Under the pieces are notes generated by a model. That model saw only the letters and a program-made list of their open reading frames with translations. It did no database searches and was not told where the DNA came from. The position numbers were made by a program, and so were the translations under genes. From positions 9,796 through 73,795 of the forward strand of contig JACPJR010000031.1 of assembly GCA_016187565.1 (NCBI GenBank): a DNA stretch of 64,000 bases, read 5' to 3'. The DNA is from Candidatus Woesearchaeota archaeon. Its GTDB lineage: Archaea > Nanobdellota > Nanobdellia > Woesearchaeales > JACPJR01. This document shows positions 20,180 through 29,624 of the stretch, in pieces (the first letter of the stretch is position 1; every line of letters starts with the position of its first letter).

Positions 20180-21169
20180 GTGGTTGGGATGAACATTCTG
20201 GTTACTGGAGTGGCAGGCTTTATCGGCTTTCATGTTGCAACAGCTCTCCTAGATCGTGGAGACATTGTTCTTGGCATTGATAACCTCAATGATTATTATG
20301 ACGTTTCTTTGAAAGAAGCACGACTAAAGAAGCTAGAGGAATATGCAAAAACAAAGCCACGATCCTTTGTCTTTGTCAAGGAAGATATTGCGCAGGGTGA
20401 TGCACTGCAACAAATCGTTAAGCACCATAAGATTGATGCCATCTGTCATTTAGCAGCCCAGGCAGGAGTCCGTTATAGCTTAACCAATCCCTTTGTTTAT
20501 GAAGAATCTAATCTGAAAGGAACGCTTACTATTCTTGAACTCGCACGAAAGCATAAGATAAACCATGTTGTCTTTGCCTCAAGTTCATCGGTCTATGGAG
20601 GAAATACGAAAATTCCTTTTGCTGAAGAAGATCCAGTCAACCAGCCAATCTCACTCTATGCTGCCACAAAACGTGCAGGAGAGCTTATGTGTCACAGTTA
20701 CCACTATCTCTATGGCATGAACATTACGTGCTTACGCTTTTTTACGGTCTATGGGCCGTATGGCAGGCCAGATATGGCCATGTTTATCTTTACGAAAAAC
20801 ATCCTCAATGGTAAGCCAATAGAAGTGTACAATCACGGAAAGATGAAGCGTGATTTTACCTATATTTCTGATATCGTCTCAGGTGTTATTGCTTCCCTTG
20901 ATAAGCCTAGGGGATTTGCCATCATTAATTTAGGAAATTCTCAGAGTGTTGAACTCTTGTATTTCATTGCATGCTTAGAAAAAGAACTCGGTAAGAAAGC
21001 AGAAAAGAAGTTATTACCCTTGCAACCAGGAGATGTTCCAGAAACCTTTGCGGACATCAGCAGGGCAAAACGTCTCTTAGGATTTGAACCAAAAACAAAA
21101 ATTGAGGATGGAGTTAAACGTTTTGTTGTGTGGTATAAATCATATTATGCTTTAGGAAAAAACGTTTAG
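20180..21169 (+). CDS. NAD-dependent sugar-nucleotide 4-epimerase (extended SDR; WbpP/TviC/GalE-like)
   Basis: GxxGxxG Rossmann motif (VTGVAGFIGFHVA) and the catalytic YAATKRAGE (YxxxK). The likely start is the Met at 20189 (MNILVTG). Confidence 0.85.
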   Translation: MVGMNILVTGVAGFIGFHVATALLDRGDIVLGIDNLNDYYDVSLKEARLKKLEEYAKTKPRSFVFVKEDIAQGDALQQIVKHHKIDAICHLAAQAGVRYSLTNPFVYEESNLKGTLTILELARKHKINHVVFASSSSVYGGNTKIPFAEEDPVNQPISLYAATKRAGELMCHSYHYLYGMNITCLRFFTVYGPYGRPDMAMFIFTKNILNGKPIEVYNHGKMKRDFTYISDIVSGVIASLDKPRGFAIINLGNSQSVELLYFIACLEKELGKKAEKKLLPLQPGDVPETFADISRAKRLLGFEPKTKIEDGVKRFVVWYKSYYALGKNV

Positions 21170-21197
21170 GAAAAAAGAATACAGAGGGAAAGAGTAC

Positions 21198-22502
21198 ATG
21201 AAACAAATACCAACCCATAATCGTATGATAGCACTTGTTGGCCTAGGGTATGTTGGTTTACCCTTAGCAGTTGCTTTTGGAAGACAGAAACCGGTTATTG
21301 GGTTTGATATCAGTCCAAAGCGTATCAAAGAACTGCGTGAGGGGTTTGATAGAACTAATGAAGTCACCAAAGCAGACTTACAGTCTGCTCAGATTACCTT
21401 AACGACCGATCCAACCTCGTTGGAACAATCGGATTTTATTATTGTTACCGTACCAACTCCTGTTGACCAAGTTAACCGACCTGATTTAGGGCCAGTCTAC
21501 GCCGCGACAAAAACCGTCGGTCAGCATCTGCAGAAAGGAGCTATTGTTGTTTACGAATCTACGGTGTATCCTGGATGCACTGAAGAGGATTGTGTCCCTA
21601 TTTTAGAACAAGAAAGTGGTTTGCGTTGCGGTAGTGATTTTAAGGTAGGATATTCACCAGAACGCATCAATCCTGGTGATAAAGAGCATACCGTTGATAA
21701 AATTGTTAAGGTTGTTTCAGGAATGGATCAAGAAAGTACAGGCATTATTGCTTCAGTTTATGGATCAATTATCAAAGCAGGAATCCATGTTGCACCAACC
21801 ATTAAAGTTGCAGAAGCAGCAAAGGTTATTGAAAATACCCAACGAGACCTCAACATTGCCTTGATGAATGAACTCTCCCTCATCTTTGCAAAGATGGGAA
21901 TTGATACCTATGATGTGCTTGAAGCAGCAGGTACAAAATGGAATTTTTTAAAATTTCATCCAGGTCTTGTGGGAGGTCATTGCATTGGTGTTGATCCCTA
22001 TTACCTTACCTATAAAGCCCAGCAACTTGGATATCATCCTCAGGTGATTCTTGCAGGAAGAACTATCAATGATTCTATGGCAACCTATGTTGCTGGAATG
22101 ACACTACAGGCATTACAAAAATATAATGCTGATCCGAGACGTTGCAATGTTCTCATTCTTGGATTGACCTTTAAAGAAAATGTACCTGATATACGAAATA
22201 GTAAAGTAAAGGATATTATTCGAGGACTTCAGCAACATGGTGTTAAGGTTTCTGTTTATGATCCCTATGTTACAAAAGAAGATGCAGAAAAGGAATTTCA
22301 TGCACCCTTTGTTACTCTGGATACTGCTGCTCACTACCATGCTATCATCCTTGCAGTTATTCATCGTGAATTTCTCGCTCTATCGCCCCAAACAGTCCTT
22401 AAATTACTATCCGATCCCAATATCTTCGTAGATTTACGCGGGGTCATGAAACAGAAACAAGAATTTGAGAAGTTTGAGAAGGTTCATTACTATTCTCTGT
22501 AG
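21198..22502 (+). CDS. UDP-N-acetyl-hexosamine 6-dehydrogenase (WbpA/TviB-type nucleotide-sugar dehydrogenase)
   Basis: N-terminal NAD fold (IALVGLGYVGLPLAVAF) and the catalytic Cys motif GGHCIGVDPYYL, which is characteristic of the UDP-GlcNAc/ManNAc dehydrogenase subgroup. 434 aa. Confidence 0.85.
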   Translation: MKQIPTHNRMIALVGLGYVGLPLAVAFGRQKPVIGFDISPKRIKELREGFDRTNEVTKADLQSAQITLTTDPTSLEQSDFIIVTVPTPVDQVNRPDLGPVYAATKTVGQHLQKGAIVVYESTVYPGCTEEDCVPILEQESGLRCGSDFKVGYSPERINPGDKEHTVDKIVKVVSGMDQESTGIIASVYGSIIKAGIHVAPTIKVAEAAKVIENTQRDLNIALMNELSLIFAKMGIDTYDVLEAAGTKWNFLKFHPGLVGGHCIGVDPYYLTYKAQQLGYHPQVILAGRTINDSMATYVAGMTLQALQKYNADPRRCNVLILGLTFKENVPDIRNSKVKDIIRGLQQHGVKVSVYDPYVTKEDAEKEFHAPFVTLDTAAHYHAIILAVIHREFLALSPQTVLKLLSDPNIFVDLRGVMKQKQEFEKFEKVHYYSL

Positions 22503-22508
22503 CAGTCT

Positions 22509-23093
22509 TTGAAAATGTCGTACCTCCTCTCTTTGCTTAGACAAGGAATTGCTGTTATCAAGCAACAACGTAGAGAGAGCACTTTTCATAACAAAGAAGA
22601 AAGATTCTCTCAACAATTTCATCTTTTTTCTCGCACGTCGACGTCTCGTGGACTTTTTAAAAGGATCAAGCAGCGTTTGTTCCTCTTGATAAACCATAGC
22701 TTTTTCCTTACCAAGAGTGTCTTTTCCCATCAAGGATTTTTTAAGGAGAGTTTCCTTTACCGTATTGTTTCACCCTATTTTAGCCGAAATGAAGAGATCA
22801 TAGCTACCAATAACGAAAAAGGTTTTTGTAATAAATGCTGGCATAAACTGCGAGAATTATTTTATTATCAGCCATTTCATATCTTAGGGGTAGGCATTGC
22901 CTTTGCATTAATAGGTAATAGCTTTGTATGGTTTATGCAAAATAATATGCTCAATGTTTCCCCTATAGAATTAAGCCTTCGTTTGTTATTTATTCTGTTT
23001 TTTCTATTGATGTCAACCAATAATGAAAGCTGGGAGGAACTTATGAAGCAAAGTATGTTGCTACAATCAGTACGGAGGGATAAGAATGATTGA
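22509..23093 (+). CDS. Hypothetical protein (possible small membrane protein)
   Basis: A 194-aa ORF whose stop overlaps the rmlC start (ATGA), consistent with translational coupling in the same operon. It has two hydrophobic segments near the C-terminus. Confidence 0.3.
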   Translation: MKMSYLLSLLRQGIAVIKQQRRESTFHNKEERFSQQFHLFSRTSTSRGLFKRIKQRLFLLINHSFFLTKSVFSHQGFFKESFLYRIVSPYFSRNEEIIATNNEKGFCNKCWHKLRELFYYQPFHILGVGIAFALIGNSFVWFMQNNMLNVSPIELSLRLLFILFFLLMSTNNESWEELMKQSMLLQSVRRDKND

Positions 23094-23547
23094 GGGTGTT
23101 AAAATAAAAAAACTAAAACTCTATAAGGATGAGCGAGGAGAACTTTTGGAGATATTCCGTCGTGATGACCCTCTTTTTGAAAAATTTGGTCAAGCATACA
23201 TTACCACTTCCTACCCGGGCTATGTCAAGGGATGGCACTATCATAAAGTACAACGCGATAATTTTTGCTGTGTTCAGGGCAAAGTAAAGGTAGTTCTCTA
23301 TGATGATCGTGAGGATTCACGCACTAAAGGAGAGGTTAATGAGTTTATTCTTGACCGTCAAGAAAACCCAATGGTTTTATCCATTCCACCGTATGTATTT
23401 CATGGGTTTGAATGTGCTTCCGATGAGCAGTCTATTATTCTGAATGTGCCAACAGAACCATATCATCACCAAAATCCAGATGAATACCGTTTACCTTTTA
23501 ATACTGATAAAATTCCCTACACCTGGAAAGGAACAAAGGGTGGTTAA
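23086..23547 (+). CDS. rmlC: dTDP-4-dehydrorhamnose 3,5-epimerase (short archaeal form, cupin)
   Basis: DERGELLEIF, KGWHYH, CVQGKVKVVLYDDRE, IPPYVFHGF and YHHQNPDEYRLPFNTDKIPYTW match RmlC conserved blocks. Confidence 0.75.
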   Translation: MIEGVKIKKLKLYKDERGELLEIFRRDDPLFEKFGQAYITTSYPGYVKGWHYHKVQRDNFCCVQGKVKVVLYDDREDSRTKGEVNEFILDRQENPMVLSIPPYVFHGFECASDEQSIILNVPTEPYHHQNPDEYRLPFNTDKIPYTWKGTKGG

Positions 23548-24531
23548 ATGCATGCTGCAAATCCAGAGCGTGTGACGGTTTTAGTAACTGGTGGAGCGGG
23601 ATTTATTGGAAGTAATTTTGTCCGTTATTACCTTCAAAAACATCCGCATGTGCATCTTGTTAATTTTGATGCCCTGACGTACTGTGGAAATCTGGACAAC
23701 CTCAAGGATATTGCATCTCATCCGCATTACCGTTTTGTCCATGGAGATGTTTGTGATCGAGAACTTGTTGAAAAATGTATGCAGCATGTCGATCTAGTCT
23801 TTCATTTTGCCGCAGAAAGCCATGTTGATAATTCTATTAAAGATCCGTATGTCTTTACACGAACCAATGTGTTGGGTACTCATGTTCTTCTCGAGGCAGC
23901 AAAAAAAATGCATGTTAAACGCTTTGTCCATATATCCACCGATGAAGTGTATGGAAGCATACTGAATGGATCCTTTAAAGAAACAGATCCTTTAGAGCCA
24001 AATTCTCCGTATGCGGCGTCGAAAGCAAGCGCAGAGTTACTTGTCAGAGGCTTTTTTGTTACTTTTGGATTGCCTGTTGTTGTTACGAGAAGCTCCAACA
24101 ATTTTGGGCCCTACCAGTATCCAGAAAAAATGATTCCTCTGTTTGTGACCAATCTTCTTGAAGGAAAAAAAGTTCCTCTGTATGGTGATGGTATGAATGT
24201 CCGCGATTGGTTGTATGTTCTTGATAACTGTGAGGCAATCGATTTTGTTGCTACGCAGGGAAAGACCGGTGAGATCTATAACATCGGCGGTGGGAATGAA
24301 TGTTCTAACTATGAACTTACCAAATTGTTGCTACAGTTTACTCATAGAGAAGAGTCATTTATTCAAAAAGTACCTGATCGACTCGGTCATGATAGAAGAT
24401 ATTCGCTGGATTGTCAAAAGATTCGTCAATTAGGGTGGCAACCTCAGTTTCATTTTACCGATGCCTTACAAGAAACCGTAGCATGGTATCAACAACATGA
24501 AGCATGGTGGAAAAAATTAAAAAAAATTTAA
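23548..24531 (+). CDS. rmlB: dTDP-glucose 4,6-dehydratase
   Basis: VTGGAGFIGSNFV, a TDEVYG region, YAASKASAE (YxxxK), 327 aa. Confidence 0.9.
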   Translation: MHAANPERVTVLVTGGAGFIGSNFVRYYLQKHPHVHLVNFDALTYCGNLDNLKDIASHPHYRFVHGDVCDRELVEKCMQHVDLVFHFAAESHVDNSIKDPYVFTRTNVLGTHVLLEAAKKMHVKRFVHISTDEVYGSILNGSFKETDPLEPNSPYAASKASAELLVRGFFVTFGLPVVVTRSSNNFGPYQYPEKMIPLFVTNLLEGKKVPLYGDGMNVRDWLYVLDNCEAIDFVATQGKTGEIYNIGGGNECSNYELTKLLLQFTHREESFIQKVPDRLGHDRRYSLDCQKIRQLGWQPQFHFTDALQETVAWYQQHEAWWKKLKKI

Positions 24532-24592
24532 ACGTACCTATGTCGATGGCTCTTGCAACAGTAATGAAAAAAACGAGGATCCTTGAATAAAA

Positions 24593-25462
24593 ATGAAAAT
24601 TCTTATTCTTGGTAGCCATGGTATGCTTGGTCATGACCTCTTGGAGGCATTTCATGAGTATTCTCCGGTAGGATGGGGAAAAGATGAACTAGATATAACT
24701 GATAGAGCAATGGTTCAGAAGCGTCTAGCATTGCTCCGTCCAGACATTATTATTAATGCTGCTGCATATACTGATGTTGATGGTTGTGAGACTAATCTTG
24801 CTTATGCATATAAGGTAAATGGCGATGCAGTCGGCAACTTGGCACAAATAGCTAGCACGATTCATGCTACTTTGGTTCATGTAAGCACCGATTATGTCTT
24901 TGATGGTACGAACACCCAAGGATATAAAGAAAATGATCTTACTCATCCGATCAATGTCTATGGGAAGTCAAAAGAACAAGGGGAACAGCTGTTAGTCTCA
25001 ACTATGTCCTCTATGTCCTCCCCGCAATCACGTTATTTTATTGTGAGAAGCTCATGGTTGTATGGTCATTATGGAAAGAACTTCGTCAAAACAATTCTCC
25101 AGCTAGCACAAAAGCAGGATGAGATTTCTGTCGTTAATGATCAACAGGGTTGTCCTACGTATACCAAAGATCTTGCTTCTGGTATTAAACAAATACTGAT
25201 GCACCAGCCCCATCCATACCCTTCGGGGATCTATCATATAACCAACCAGGGGAACTGTACCTGGTATGAGTTTGCTCAGGAGATTAAAAGGATAACAAAT
25301 ATAAAGGTTAGAGTAATTCCCATCACGAGTAACGAACTTAAAAGAGCTGCACAGCGGCCGATGTGTTCTATTCTTTTGGACACTAAGACGACCATAACAC
25401 TAAGGCCATGGAAAGAGGCTCTGAAAGCATACATCGATGAATCGATAAGGATGCCTCGATGA
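24593..25462 (+). CDS. rmlD: dTDP-4-dehydrorhamnose reductase
   Basis: MKILILGSHGMLG N-terminus, STDYVFDG and YGKSKEQGE motifs, 289 aa. Confidence 0.85.
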   Translation: MKILILGSHGMLGHDLLEAFHEYSPVGWGKDELDITDRAMVQKRLALLRPDIIINAAAYTDVDGCETNLAYAYKVNGDAVGNLAQIASTIHATLVHVSTDYVFDGTNTQGYKENDLTHPINVYGKSKEQGEQLLVSTMSSMSSPQSRYFIVRSSWLYGHYGKNFVKTILQLAQKQDEISVVNDQQGCPTYTKDLASGIKQILMHQPHPYPSGIYHITNQGNCTWYEFAQEIKRITNIKVRVIPITSNELKRAAQRPMCSILLDTKTTITLRPWKEALKAYIDESIRMPR

Positions 25463-25505
25463 AGTTTTTTTGATAAAAATATAAGGCAATATAAGGAGCA
25501 TTATC

Positions 25506-26222
25506 ATGAAAGGGGTTATTCTTGCAGGGGGGACAGGAAGTCGTTTAATGCCATTGACTAAAGTAACGAATAAGCATCTTTTGCCGATTTACCACAAGCC
25601 GATGATCTATTACCCCTTAGAAACCTTGATTAAGGCAGGAATTACCGAGATTCTTATTGTTTCTGGTCCAGGTCACGCTGGTCATTTCCTTAACTTACTT
25701 GGTTCAGGAAAGGAATTTAGTGTTAAGTTAACCTACGAGATTCAGGATGAGGCCGGAGGTATTGCACAGGCTTTAGGGCTTGCTGAGCGTTTTGCTGATG
25801 ACCACCCTCTTATGGTTGTTCTCGGAGACAATATCTTTGAAGATGATTTTAAAATTCCTATTGCAAACTTTCACGAAGGTGCTATGATTTTTCTCAAAGA
25901 GGTTCCTGACCCACAACGTTTTGGCGTTGCAGAGCTTCAAGGTAATAAGGTGGTGGGCATTGAGGAAAAGCCAAAACATCCAAAATCTCATTATTGTGTT
26001 ACTGGATTGTATGTGTATGACTCTAAGGTGTTTACCGTCATTAAAGCATTACAGCCCTCAGCTCGCGGAGAACTGGAAATTACTGATGTTAATAACTGGT
26101 ATGTTCGTAACAATAAGATGATGGCCCATTTTGTTTCGGGGTTTTGGAGTGATGCGGGTACGTTTGAAAGCCTCCTTCGCGCAAATAATCTTGTTCAGGA
26201 GAAAATAAAAAAACACCATTAA
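25506..26222 (+). CDS. rmlA: Glucose-1-phosphate thymidylyltransferase (short form sugar nucleotidyltransferase)
   Basis: MKGVILAGGTGSRLMPLT signature and a GIEEKP region. 238 aa. Confidence 0.85.
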   Translation: MKGVILAGGTGSRLMPLTKVTNKHLLPIYHKPMIYYPLETLIKAGITEILIVSGPGHAGHFLNLLGSGKEFSVKLTYEIQDEAGGIAQALGLAERFADDHPLMVVLGDNIFEDDFKIPIANFHEGAMIFLKEVPDPQRFGVAELQGNKVVGIEEKPKHPKSHYCVTGLYVYDSKVFTVIKALQPSARGELEITDVNNWYVRNNKMMAHFVSGFWSDAGTFESLLRANNLVQEKIKKHH

Positions 26223-26261
26223 CATCTGACTTGAGTAATATTTAATCAAAGACTAAATACC

Positions 26262-27290
26262 ATGCCTCTTCCTCTGAAAAAACAATTAAGGAATCTTTTC
26301 GAGAACAAAACCATCCTTATTACGGGTGGCACTGGTTTTTTAGGGAGGCATTTGGTGAAAAATATTCTTCCGTATGGTCCTCACAGTATTCGTGTTTTAA
26401 GCAGAGATGAAGTCAAACACCATTACATGCAGCAACTTTTTGCTGAAAATCCTCTTCTTCGTCATTTTATCGGTGATGTCCGTGATTATGATCGATTACG
26501 AAGGGCTGCACAAGGTGCCGATATCGTCATTCATGCTGCTGCACTCAAGCGACTTGATATGATTGAGTATAATGTTGACGAGTCCATTAAGACCAATATT
26601 TTAGGAACAGTTAATGTTGTCCAAGCCTGCTTGGAGAATAATGTCACCACGGCTGTTTTTGTTTCCACTGATAAAGCCTGCTCTCCGATCAACACTTATG
26701 GTGCTTGTAAATTCCTTGCAGAACGGATTTTTTCAGTAAGCAATAGAAGAAGGGGAAGTGCACCAACCATTTTTACCATAGTGCGTTATGGAAATGTTCT
26801 TGAGAGTACCGGATCTGTTATTCCTTTTTTTACTCAGAAGATTAAAGATGGAGAAGACATTCCACTGACAGATCCACGAATGACGCGTTTTATTATCAGT
26901 CCTGAACAAGCAGTTCATCTTGTTTTTGATGCTATTGCCTATGGAAGGTGCGGTGAGATTTTTGTTCCTAAACTTCCTGCATTCCGTATTATCGATTTGA
27001 TTGACATCCTTAAAGAGAAATATCAAGCGAAAAATCGTGTAAAAATTGTCGGTATCCGACCAGGAGAGAAAATCCATGAGTACATGGTTAATGAAGCAGA
27101 GATGAGAAGGACCTATGAGTTCAAGAACATGTATGTCATTGCCTCTGAGGTGTATCCAAGTGAAGATGGAGAATTTGTGCTATCCGGCACCAAAGTTCCA
27201 GAGGGAGCGTTAACTCATTACAGTTCGGATCAAGCAGTTATTGGCAAAGAAGAGATACTGAGTTTATTTAAAAAATACAAGTTGTTATAA
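26262..27290 (+). CDS. pseB: UDP-N-acetylglucosamine 4,6-dehydratase (inverting), PseB/FlaA1/CapD-like
   Basis: ITGGTGFLG, VSTDKAC (TDKA) and YGACKFLAE (YxxxK). ~340 aa, as in PseB. Confidence 0.8.
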   Translation: MPLPLKKQLRNLFENKTILITGGTGFLGRHLVKNILPYGPHSIRVLSRDEVKHHYMQQLFAENPLLRHFIGDVRDYDRLRRAAQGADIVIHAAALKRLDMIEYNVDESIKTNILGTVNVVQACLENNVTTAVFVSTDKACSPINTYGACKFLAERIFSVSNRRRGSAPTIFTIVRYGNVLESTGSVIPFFTQKIKDGEDIPLTDPRMTRFIISPEQAVHLVFDAIAYGRCGEIFVPKLPAFRIIDLIDILKEKYQAKNRVKIVGIRPGEKIHEYMVNEAEMRRTYEFKNMYVIASEVYPSEDGEFVLSGTKVPEGALTHYSSDQAVIGKEEILSLFKKYKLL

Positions 27291-27318
27291 AAATATTAAA
27301 TCTAAAATTAAATCTAAA

Positions 27319-28491
27319 ATGACGTATATCCCCTACGGGCTCCACACTATTGATCGTGAAGATATCCACGCTGTTACTGAGGTACTGAACAGTAGCTTTC
27401 TCACCACAGGGCCGAAAGTAAAAGAATTTGAAGATGCTTTGTGTCAGTATCTAGGAGCAAAATACTGTGTAGTTGTTAATTCTGGGACTTCTGCGTTAGA
27501 TGTTGCTGTCCATGCTCTTGGACTAGACCCTGGTTCTGAAGTCATAACAACACCAATGACTTTTGTTGCAAGTGCTAATGCATTGCTCTATAATTCTCTC
27601 GTGCCTGTTTTTGTTGATATTGATCCTATAACCCACAATATTGATTGTGAAAAAATCAAGCAAAAAATTACTTCCAAAACCAAAGCAATTCTCTTTGTAG
27701 ATCTTAAAGGAAATCCTGCAGAGCTTAACAAACTTCGTGAAATAGCAATGCAGTATCACCTTAAACTTGTCGAAGATGCTTGTCAGGCTTTTAGTGCAGA
27801 ATATGACAGAAGAAAAGTTGGATGTGGAGATTTCGCTGAGCTTACTACTTTTAGTTTTCATCCGGTAAAACATATCTGTACTGGTGAGGGAGGAGCGATA
27901 ACAACTCCTGATGAACAATTATATCAGAAAATGCTGAAATTGCGCAATCATGGGATAGCCAGAAATATCCTTGCTCAAAGTAGAAAAGAAGGTACGTATC
28001 TTTTTGATATGGATTGTCTTGGAAGAAATTATCGTCTTCCTGATATTAATTGTGCTCTGGGATTAAGCCAACTCAAGAAGAGTGATGCTTTCTTGATGAG
28101 ACGTGAGGAAATCGTACACAGATATAAGGAGGCTTTTCAAAAAATCCCTGAGATTACCTTACCCTCACTTACCAAACGAGCGAGGTCTTCATGGCACCTC
28201 TTTGTTGTCCTCCTTGATAAACAAATCAATCGAGACCAGTTTTTTTTGCAGATGCGATCAAAGGAGATTGGTGTCAATGTCCACCATATCCCTGTATATC
28301 ATCACAGCCATTATGCTCAGTTTGCTGTTGATCGTCATGATTTTCCTGTTACTGAGGATTATTTTCAGCGTGCTCTCACCTTGCCCTTATACCCTGCAAT
28401 GACTGATGCAGATGTTGATCGAGTTGTCCATGAAACTATTGCGACCATCGAGATACTTAAAACAAATCCTCGGGTAAATGAGTCTAAATAA
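27319..28491 (+). CDS. pseC: DegT/DnrJ/EryC1-family PLP aminotransferase (PseC-like UDP-4-keto-6-deoxy sugar transaminase)
   Basis: ALCQYLGAKYCVVVNSGTSALDVA and the PLP-Lys block SFHPVKHICTGEGG. Confidence 0.8.
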   Translation: MTYIPYGLHTIDREDIHAVTEVLNSSFLTTGPKVKEFEDALCQYLGAKYCVVVNSGTSALDVAVHALGLDPGSEVITTPMTFVASANALLYNSLVPVFVDIDPITHNIDCEKIKQKITSKTKAILFVDLKGNPAELNKLREIAMQYHLKLVEDACQAFSAEYDRRKVGCGDFAELTTFSFHPVKHICTGEGGAITTPDEQLYQKMLKLRNHGIARNILAQSRKEGTYLFDMDCLGRNYRLPDINCALGLSQLKKSDAFLMRREEIVHRYKEAFQKIPEITLPSLTKRARSSWHLFVVLLDKQINRDQFFLQMRSKEIGVNVHHIPVYHHSHYAQFAVDRHDFPVTEDYFQRALTLPLYPAMTDADVDRVVHETIATIEILKTNPRVNESK

Positions 28492-28523
28492 GCTAAAGAA
28501 GCTTTGATGAGGGGTAGTTAGCT

Positions 28524-29594
28524 ATGAAACCTGTGAAGATAGGTCAACGGCTTATTGGCCAGGGCTGTCCACCGTATGTTATTCTCGAAGCAAGTTCAAA
28601 CTGGTGCGACATGAAATCTGCTCCCGAAAGTCGTGAGAATTTTGAAAATGCTCGAGAGATGATTCGTGTTGCAAAAGAGTGTGGTGCTGATGCTGTCAAA
28701 TTTCAATTGTTTGACAGTAATAAAATTGTTAATCCATTTACTCCGTTTAGTTGGGCAATTGGAAAAAAATTAGGTGTTTCTACAACAGCACAACTGTTTG
28801 ACCATTTAAAAATGCCACGTTCATTTGTTCCTCAGCTTATTGATTATGCTAGAACAATGAAGATTGATTTTTTGGTAACTCCTTTTGACAAAGATGCAGT
28901 CGACCTTCTCGTTACTCTTGGAGTTCCTGCATTGAAGATAGCCTCGTATGAGATTACAGACATTCCCTTTTTGCAATACTGTGCACAGCAAAAACTTCCC
29001 CTTATTATTTCAACAGGCATTGCAACGCCAGAAGATATTCATGTTGCATTACAATCAGTTACTACGAGTGGCTGTGAAGAAGTGATTTTTTTGCTCTGTG
29101 AATCAACCTATCCTTGTCCGATAGAGGAAGTAAATTTGGCACGATTACAGACTCTTAAACAGATGACTGATACTATTGTTGGTTATTCTGATCACTCGGT
29201 TGAGGAATGGGTTCCTGCTGTAGCTGTCGCTTTGGGAGCGAAGGTTATTGAAAAGCATTTTGTCCTTGATAAGGAAATCCTTGGTCCTGATGAAGCATTT
29301 TCTATACGGCCAAAACGAGCAAAGGAAATGATCGCTTTGATCCATGCAGTGTATAAGGCTGTAGGAAACCAAACTTGGGTTCATACACTTACCTCTCAAG
29401 ACGAGCGAAAAGTAGCACGACGATGTTTATGTGCAGGTTCACAGGGAATAAAGTATGGAGAGTCTTTTGATGTAGATGCGCTTGTGATTCTGCGTGGTTC
29501 TGGTATTCTTCCTCGAGATGTTGCAAAGTTAGCCGGAAAAGTTGCTTCACGAGATTATAAGCCCTATGAGCCTATCTTGGAAAATGAAGTGTAA
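28524..29594 (+). CDS. pseI: Nonulosonic acid (pseudaminic/sialic) synthase, NeuB/PseI family with C-terminal SAF domain
   Basis: NeuB TIM-barrel region (AREMIRVAKECGADAVKFQLFD) and a C-terminal SAF/antifreeze-like domain (ARRCLCAGSQGIKYGESF...). The canonical EIGxNH block reads EASSNW instead. Confidence 0.8.
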   Translation: MKPVKIGQRLIGQGCPPYVILEASSNWCDMKSAPESRENFENAREMIRVAKECGADAVKFQLFDSNKIVNPFTPFSWAIGKKLGVSTTAQLFDHLKMPRSFVPQLIDYARTMKIDFLVTPFDKDAVDLLVTLGVPALKIASYEITDIPFLQYCAQQKLPLIISTGIATPEDIHVALQSVTTSGCEEVIFLLCESTYPCPIEEVNLARLQTLKQMTDTIVGYSDHSVEEWVPAVAVALGAKVIEKHFVLDKEILGPDEAFSIRPKRAKEMIALIHAVYKAVGNQTWVHTLTSQDERKVARRCLCAGSQGIKYGESFDVDALVILRGSGILPRDVAKLAGKVASRDYKPYEPILENEV

Positions 29595-29624
29595 ATTTCC
29601 TCTTAACGTGCTCTCGGATCTCTT

